Positions 59,534 through 64,000 of a DNA stretch of 64,000 nt are shown piece after piece; the stretch's first letter is position 1, and each line of letters opens with the position of its first letter. This DNA comes from an uncultured bacterium. GTDB taxonomy: Bacteria; Actinomycetota; Acidimicrobiia; Spongiisociales; UBA5794. Made by a program: the position numbers and the translations under genes. The stretch spans positions 64,001 to 128,000 of the forward strand of contig CAWDDT010000005.1 in the NCBI GenBank assembly GCA_963801165.1. Reading direction: 5' to 3'. Below the pieces are notes generated by a model. The model made no database searches. It was not told the DNA's origin and worked only from the letters and a program-made list of their open reading frames with translations.

Positions 59534-60841
59534 ATGGCGCATCCGATCCTGATGCCGAAGCCGGGCCAGATGACCGAGGAGTGCACGATCGTCGCCTGGA
59601 ACAAGAAGCCGGGCGACCCGGTCCACCGGGGCGACATCCTCTTCGAGATCGAGACCGACAAGTCGGACATGGACGTGGAGGCGTTCGAAGAAGGTGTCCT
59701 TTTGAAGACGTACTTCGAGGAGGGAGACACGGTCCCGGTGAACAGCGTGGTGGCCTATGTCGGCGAGGCGGGCGAAGAAGTGCCCGACGTGGCCCCGTCG
59801 GCGCCCGCCGCGATCGAGCCCTCCGCCACGCCACTACCGCCGGGTCCATCGCCGGATCTCACCGGCGCCCCCGTTGCGACCGCGGCCGTCGCTCCTCCTG
59901 TGGCCGCGGTCGCCCCACCCCTGTCCACCGCAACCTCGAGTCGGGAAGATCGGCTGCGCATCAGCCCGCGTGCCAGCAGGCTCGCTGCCAGCACCGGCAT
60001 CGACCCGCGCACGATCTCCGGCACGGGCCCCGAAGGCCGCATCACCGAGCGCGATGTGCAGGCCGCACTCGACACCCGCTCCTCGGGCCAGCCGAGCGCG
60101 ACGCCGGCACCCTTTCCCGCCCACATCCCACCGGCGGTCGTCAGTGAAGACGAGGAAGGTCCCCGGGCCATGAGCCGCATGCGGCAGGTGATCGCCGAGC
60201 GGTTGACGTACTCGGCGACAACGGTTCCGCACTTCACCATGACCGTCAACGTGGATATGACCAGCGTCCTGACTCTCCGTACCGAGCTGAAAACCACCGG
60301 CACCCAGTTGAGCCTCACCGACTTCATCCTGGCAGCGACAGCGCAAACCCTCGCCGAGTTCCCGGAGGTCAACTCGCGCACCGACGGGGCTTCCGTGTGG
60401 ATCCGGAACCGGGTCCATCTCGGCCTTGCCGTTTCTGTGCCCAACGGGCTGGTCGTGCCGGTAATCCGTGACGCCGATCGGCTCTCCTTGACCGAGCTCC
60501 ATGATCGGGCAGGTGCGGTCGCGGTGGCGGCCCGGGAGGGAACCCTCTCACCAGACGACATGACCGGCAGCACCTTCACCGTCTCCAACTTGGGGATGTT
60601 CGGCGTCGACGAGTTCACCGCGATCATCAATCCCGGAGAGTCGGCCATATTGGCCGTGGCCAGCGTCGTGCCCACCGCGGTAGCGATCGGCGACGGGCTG
60701 GCTGTACGGCAGGTCATGAAGCTGACTCTCTCTGCCGATCACCGGATCATCGATGGCGAGCTGGCTGCCCGTTTTCTCAGCTCCCTCCGGCGCCGGCTCA
60801 CCGACGTCGAAGCCTTCCGTCTAGACGCACTCAACTCTTAG
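59534..60841 (+). CDS. Dihydrolipoamide acyltransferase E2
   Basis: Lipoyl EIETDK, E3-binding 'SPRA...GTGPEGRITERDV', catalytic ADHRIIDG. Confidence 0.94.
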   Translation: MAHPILMPKPGQMTEECTIVAWNKKPGDPVHRGDILFEIETDKSDMDVEAFEEGVLLKTYFEEGDTVPVNSVVAYVGEAGEEVPDVAPSAPAAIEPSATPLPPGPSPDLTGAPVATAAVAPPVAAVAPPLSTATSSREDRLRISPRASRLAASTGIDPRTISGTGPEGRITERDVQAALDTRSSGQPSATPAPFPAHIPPAVVSEDEEGPRAMSRMRQVIAERLTYSATTVPHFTMTVNVDMTSVLTLRTELKTTGTQLSLTDFILAATAQTLAEFPEVNSRTDGASVWIRNRVHLGLAVSVPNGLVVPVIRDADRLSLTELHDRAGAVAVAAREGTLSPDDMTGSTFTVSNLGMFGVDEFTAIINPGESAILAVASVVPTAVAIGDGLAVRQVMKLTLSADHRIIDGELAARFLSSLRRRLTDVEAFRLDALNS

Positions 60842-60854
60842 GATGGCCCGGGGT

Positions 60855-61178
60855 TCACTCCACCTCGCCCTCGTCGAACTCGATGTCGTAGAGCGCCGCG
60901 CCGAGTGTCTTGCCGTGGCGGTCCAGGTAGAGCGATGTGTTCACCGTGTCGCCGGGGTGCCGCCTGCACACGAACAGAACAGTGGCGATCTTGGGAAGCT
61001 CGTGCCTCGCCTCGACACCGGCGATACGCCCGTCCAGGTGCCGAGTGGCGACCTCGCTGGTGAGACGTTCGGCCAGCAACTGGTAAGCCTCCTGGTCATG
61101 GCAGGTGACCGAGATGGTGGTAAGCGGACCCTTGTCACCGGTGCGGACGTGGGCGATGTCACGGAGCAACCTGCTCAC
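60855..61178 (-). CDS. Small AtuA-related ferredoxin-like-fold protein
   Basis: 'LRDIAHVRTGDKG...SLYLDRHGKTL'; coupled to the DUF1446 gene. Confidence 0.82.
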   Translation of the reverse strand: MSRLLRDIAHVRTGDKGPLTTISVTCHDQEAYQLLAERLTSEVATRHLDGRIAGVEARHELPKIATVLFVCRRHPGDTVNTSLYLDRHGKTLGAALYDIEFDEGEVE

Positions 61179-62494
61179 ACCGGTACCCCCGGAGTGACGG
61201 AGACCTGCGGCGTGACGGCATCCCGTGCGACCAGGGTCGACACGATCCCGATCGTCTCCTCGATGCGGGTGCGCACACCGCCTCCACCGGCGGGACCGGA
61301 GGTGTATAGCGCCAGCACCTCCTCGGCCACCCGCTCGGCGGCGACCCTGTCGGTGACCCGGGCGGCGATCCGGACCCGACACCCCGGGGCGGACCACCGG
61401 TCGGTACCGAGATCGAGAACCTCCGTCTTGGCGACCTCGAGCCTCAGCTCGATACCGCCGGGGAGACGGTCCCTGACCAGCTCGCACGCCAGTCTCCCCC
61501 GTTCAACGGCCCCCCGACCCGCGTAGGAGATCTCGCCTTCGACGGTGCAGCCTGCTCGATACCCAACGCTCACCTTCAGCTGCTCGGGACGGCTGCTCCC
61601 CCGCGCCCCGTCGACTCGTACTCGATCGTCTCCCTGATCGGCGACATCGACATTGGAAAAGTCGGCGATCACATCAGGAGTTACGTACGCATGTGGGTCG
61701 GTGATCTCGTACATCAGCTGCTCGATCACCGTGTCCCTGGTGACCATCCCGCCGGTGTCGTTCAGCTTGGTGACGACCGCCGAACCGTCGGCTGCAACCT
61801 CGGCGAGTGGATACCCGACATCGGCGAGGCCGGGCACCTCCCGGAGCGGCGGGTCGGCGAAGTAGCCGCCGGAGACCTGGGGACCGCACTCGAGCAGATG
61901 ACCGATCACCGTGCCCCGAGCCATGAGATCGAAATCGCCGCCGTCCCATTGGTGCGCGAGCACGAGGGGGGCGAGAAACAGGGACGGGTCGGCGACGCGA
62001 CCGGTCAAGACCACTTGGGCGTCGGTCCGCAGTGCTCCGAGTAGATGCTCTGCACCGAGGTAGGCGTTGGCGGACACGATCTCACCGTGCGCCTCCAGGG
62101 GCAGGCCGTCCTCAATGGCGGGCGCATCGGGATCGATGAGTGTCAGCACATCGTCACCGGTCAACGCCGCTACCCGAACGGCGATGCCCAGCTCACGTGC
62201 GATCCCGGCGGCCACCCGGGCCGCCCCCTCGGGGTTGGCGGCCCCCATGTTGGAGATGAGCCGCGTCTGGCCCCTCGCCAGAACGGGGAGGAGTTGCCGC
62301 ATTCGTTTCCTCAGCAGCGGGTCGAACCCGGCGTCCGGGTCGGCGAGACGCCGCAACTGGGCATCGGCGATGGTGCGCTCAGCGAGACATTCCAGCACGA
62401 GGAAATCGAGCTCACCCCGCTCGAGCAGGTCGAGCGCCGGCGGGAGCCGATCTCCCGAAAAGCCAGCCCCACAGCCGATTCTCACGTGCGTCAC
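61175..62494 (-). CDS. Acyclic terpene utilization AtuA (DUF1446) family protein
   Basis: RIGCGAGFSGDR, ECLAERT, NMGAANP, NAYLG, GRVADP, GHLLECG.Q, EQLMYEI, GPAGGGG. Confidence 0.9.
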   Translation of the reverse strand: MTHVRIGCGAGFSGDRLPPALDLLERGELDFLVLECLAERTIADAQLRRLADPDAGFDPLLRKRMRQLLPVLARGQTRLISNMGAANPEGAARVAAGIARELGIAVRVAALTGDDVLTLIDPDAPAIEDGLPLEAHGEIVSANAYLGAEHLLGALRTDAQVVLTGRVADPSLFLAPLVLAHQWDGGDFDLMARGTVIGHLLECGPQVSGGYFADPPLREVPGLADVGYPLAEVAADGSAVVTKLNDTGGMVTRDTVIEQLMYEITDPHAYVTPDVIADFSNVDVADQGDDRVRVDGARGSSRPEQLKVSVGYRAGCTVEGEISYAGRGAVERGRLACELVRDRLPGGIELRLEVAKTEVLDLGTDRWSAPGCRVRIAARVTDRVAAERVAEEVLALYTSGPAGGGGVRTRIEETIGIVSTLVARDAVTPQVSVTPGVPV

Positions 62495-62555
62495 GCCCGC
62501 CACTGTACCTCGCCGCGGGCTACGCTCCCACCGAGTCATTGAGAGGAGAACCGCG

Positions 62556-63317
62556 GTGCCGGCGCAGTATCAGATCAGCTCGGTATTCGACGGCATGGCC
62601 GCCGTGATCTTCGACCTCGACGGTGTAATCACCGACACCGCGTCCGTGCACACGGCAGCGTGGACCCAGCTCTTCAACGGGTACCTGGAACAAAGGGCCC
62701 GTTCCGACGGCACGGATTTCGTGCCGTTCACGGGCGACGACTATGTCTCGTTTGTCGACGGCAAACTGCGCTATGACGGTGTGAAGTCGTTTCTCGAATC
62801 GCGCGGCATCGACCTCCCGTATGGCGATCCCAGCGACAGTCCCGACCAGGAGACGGTGTGTGGTCTGGGGAACCGGAAGAACGGTATGTTTCGTCGTGCC
62901 CTCGACGAGGAAGGCGCCGAGGTCTTTCCAACGACGGTGACCTTGATCGAGCGGCTCCGCTCGATGTCGGTCAAGACCGGCTGTGTATCCTCGTCGAAGA
63001 ACTGCCGCTTGATTCTCGGATCGGTCGGTCTGCTCGCCAGCTTCGACGCCATCATCGACGGGCGGGACGCAGAGGAGGGTGGCATTCCCGGCAAGCCGGC
63101 GCCGGACACCTACCTCGAGTGCGCCCGCCGGCTCGGTGTAGAGGCGGGGGACGCGGTGGTGGTCGAAGACGCCATCTCGGGGGTTGCCTCAGGTGCCGCC
63201 GGCGGGTTTGGCCAGGTGATCGGGGTCAACCGGAGGGCGGGCCGCAGTGAGCTGCTGGCCGCCGGCGCAACCGTCGTAGTCGACGACCTCGGGGAGCTTC
63301 TCCAACCAACGGCTTGA
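62556..63317 (+). CDS. HAD-family hydrolase (beta-phosphoglucomutase-like)
   Basis: FDLDGVITDT, SSSKN, GKPAPD, VEDA.SG; GAGGAG RBS before GTG 62556. Confidence 0.9.
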   Translation: MPAQYQISSVFDGMAAVIFDLDGVITDTASVHTAAWTQLFNGYLEQRARSDGTDFVPFTGDDYVSFVDGKLRYDGVKSFLESRGIDLPYGDPSDSPDQETVCGLGNRKNGMFRRALDEEGAEVFPTTVTLIERLRSMSVKTGCVSSSKNCRLILGSVGLLASFDAIIDGRDAEEGGIPGKPAPDTYLECARRLGVEAGDAVVVEDAISGVASGAAGGFGQVIGVNRRAGRSELLAAGATVVVDDLGELLQPTA

Positions 63318-63382
63318 CCCGCCATACCGGGCGCACCATCCCGTCTCCTGAGCGCATCTGCACCCGTGAACCACATCTGGCC

Positions 63383-63408
63383 CTTGCATTGGTCTCTTGC
63401 ATTGGTCT
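63383..63408. repeat. 13-bp perfect tandem repeat
   Basis: CTTGCATTGGTCT twice. Confidence 0.85.
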
Positions 63409-63411
63409 ATT

Positions 63412-63445
63412 TCACACGTATACTAAAAGTATTGCACAAGTGTGA
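63412..63445. promoter_or_regulatory. Candidate PadR operator/promoter
   Basis: TCACAC...ATACT-AAA-AGTAT...GTGTGA nested inverted repeats in an AT-rich patch upstream of padR. Confidence 0.5.
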
Positions 63446-63463
63446 TACCTCGGAGAGGCGGGG

Positions 63464-64000
63464 ATGAGCCGAACAAAGCTGGAGCTGATCTTGCTCGGAG
63501 TCCTGCTGCAACGGCCGCAGACAGGCTATGACCTGACCGGATTCATGGACAAGGCCGGCCGATTCATGCGCGACAACACGTCGATGACCCAGGTGTATCG
63601 ATCCCTACGACAGATGGAAGAACTCGGCTGGCTCACCCACACCGTCGAGCCGAGACCGGGGGCGCAGGACGCCAAGCGCTACGCCGTCACCGACGAGGGT
63701 CACGACACCTTCATCCACTGGCTGAACGAGCCCTACCGCCCTTCGGAGCAGCCGGGTGGCGGAGCCTTCTTCACCCTGCTGCGCTTCCGCGCCACATATA
63801 TAGGAGTCGACTCCGTACTGGACCTCCTCGACACCGAGATCGCATATCGCAAGACGCAGATCGCAACGAACCGGTACCGCGACCGGACCGAATGGGTCGA
63901 CACGACCGTGTCCTTCGACGATGAACTGGCCGGCGCCGTCATGGACTGGATCCACCATCGAGGCGCCGACCGCATGGACCGACATCTCGAGTCCTGCCTC
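63464..64000 (+). CDS. PadR family regulator (runs off the window; absent from the ORF track)
   Basis: Manual translation MSRTKLELILLGVLLQRPQTGYDL...QVYRSLRQMEELGWL...AKRYAVTDEG. Confidence 0.88.
   Translation, partial: MSRTKLELILLGVLLQRPQTGYDLTGFMDKAGRFMRDNTSMTQVYRSLRQMEELGWLTHTVEPRPGAQDAKRYAVTDEGHDTFIHWLNEPYRPSEQPGGGAFFTLLRFRATYIGVDSVLDLLDTEIAYRKTQIATNRYRDRTEWVDTTVSFDDELAGAVMDWIHHRGADRMDRHLESCL

Overview
High-GC actinobacterial-type chromosomal segment (inferred Acidimicrobiia-like from Thr-rich lipoproteins and 'GITRGC..FCP' S-layer repeats). I saw no rRNA, tRNA, CRISPR array or transposase. In order: MBL-rhodanese gene; decayed dienelactone hydrolase; ECF sigma/anti-sigma followed by a CapA-like lipoprotein, class III aminotransferase, DUF3160 lipoprotein and sulfatase; galK-galT-galE with remnants of deoR and a GH42 beta-galactosidase; several regulator-transporter pairs with visible operators; an NCS2 uracil-type permease behind a structured attenuator-like leader; sdpRI-like genes, paaK and pncA; a rod-shaped intergenic hairpin; a beta-propeller/cadherin/SLH surface protein; TetR-ABC exporter; a ykkC-family riboswitch variant before an EamA transporter; ppdK divergent from a group 3b NiFe-hydrogenase operon; LacI-araBDA-sugar ABC with three copies of a tandem operator; and a DeoR-linked cluster (PHP, class II aldolase-SDR fusion, extended SorE-like dehydrogenase, fused E1, E2) that matches no pathway I recognise. 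All calls come from motif reading only; no database searches were run.
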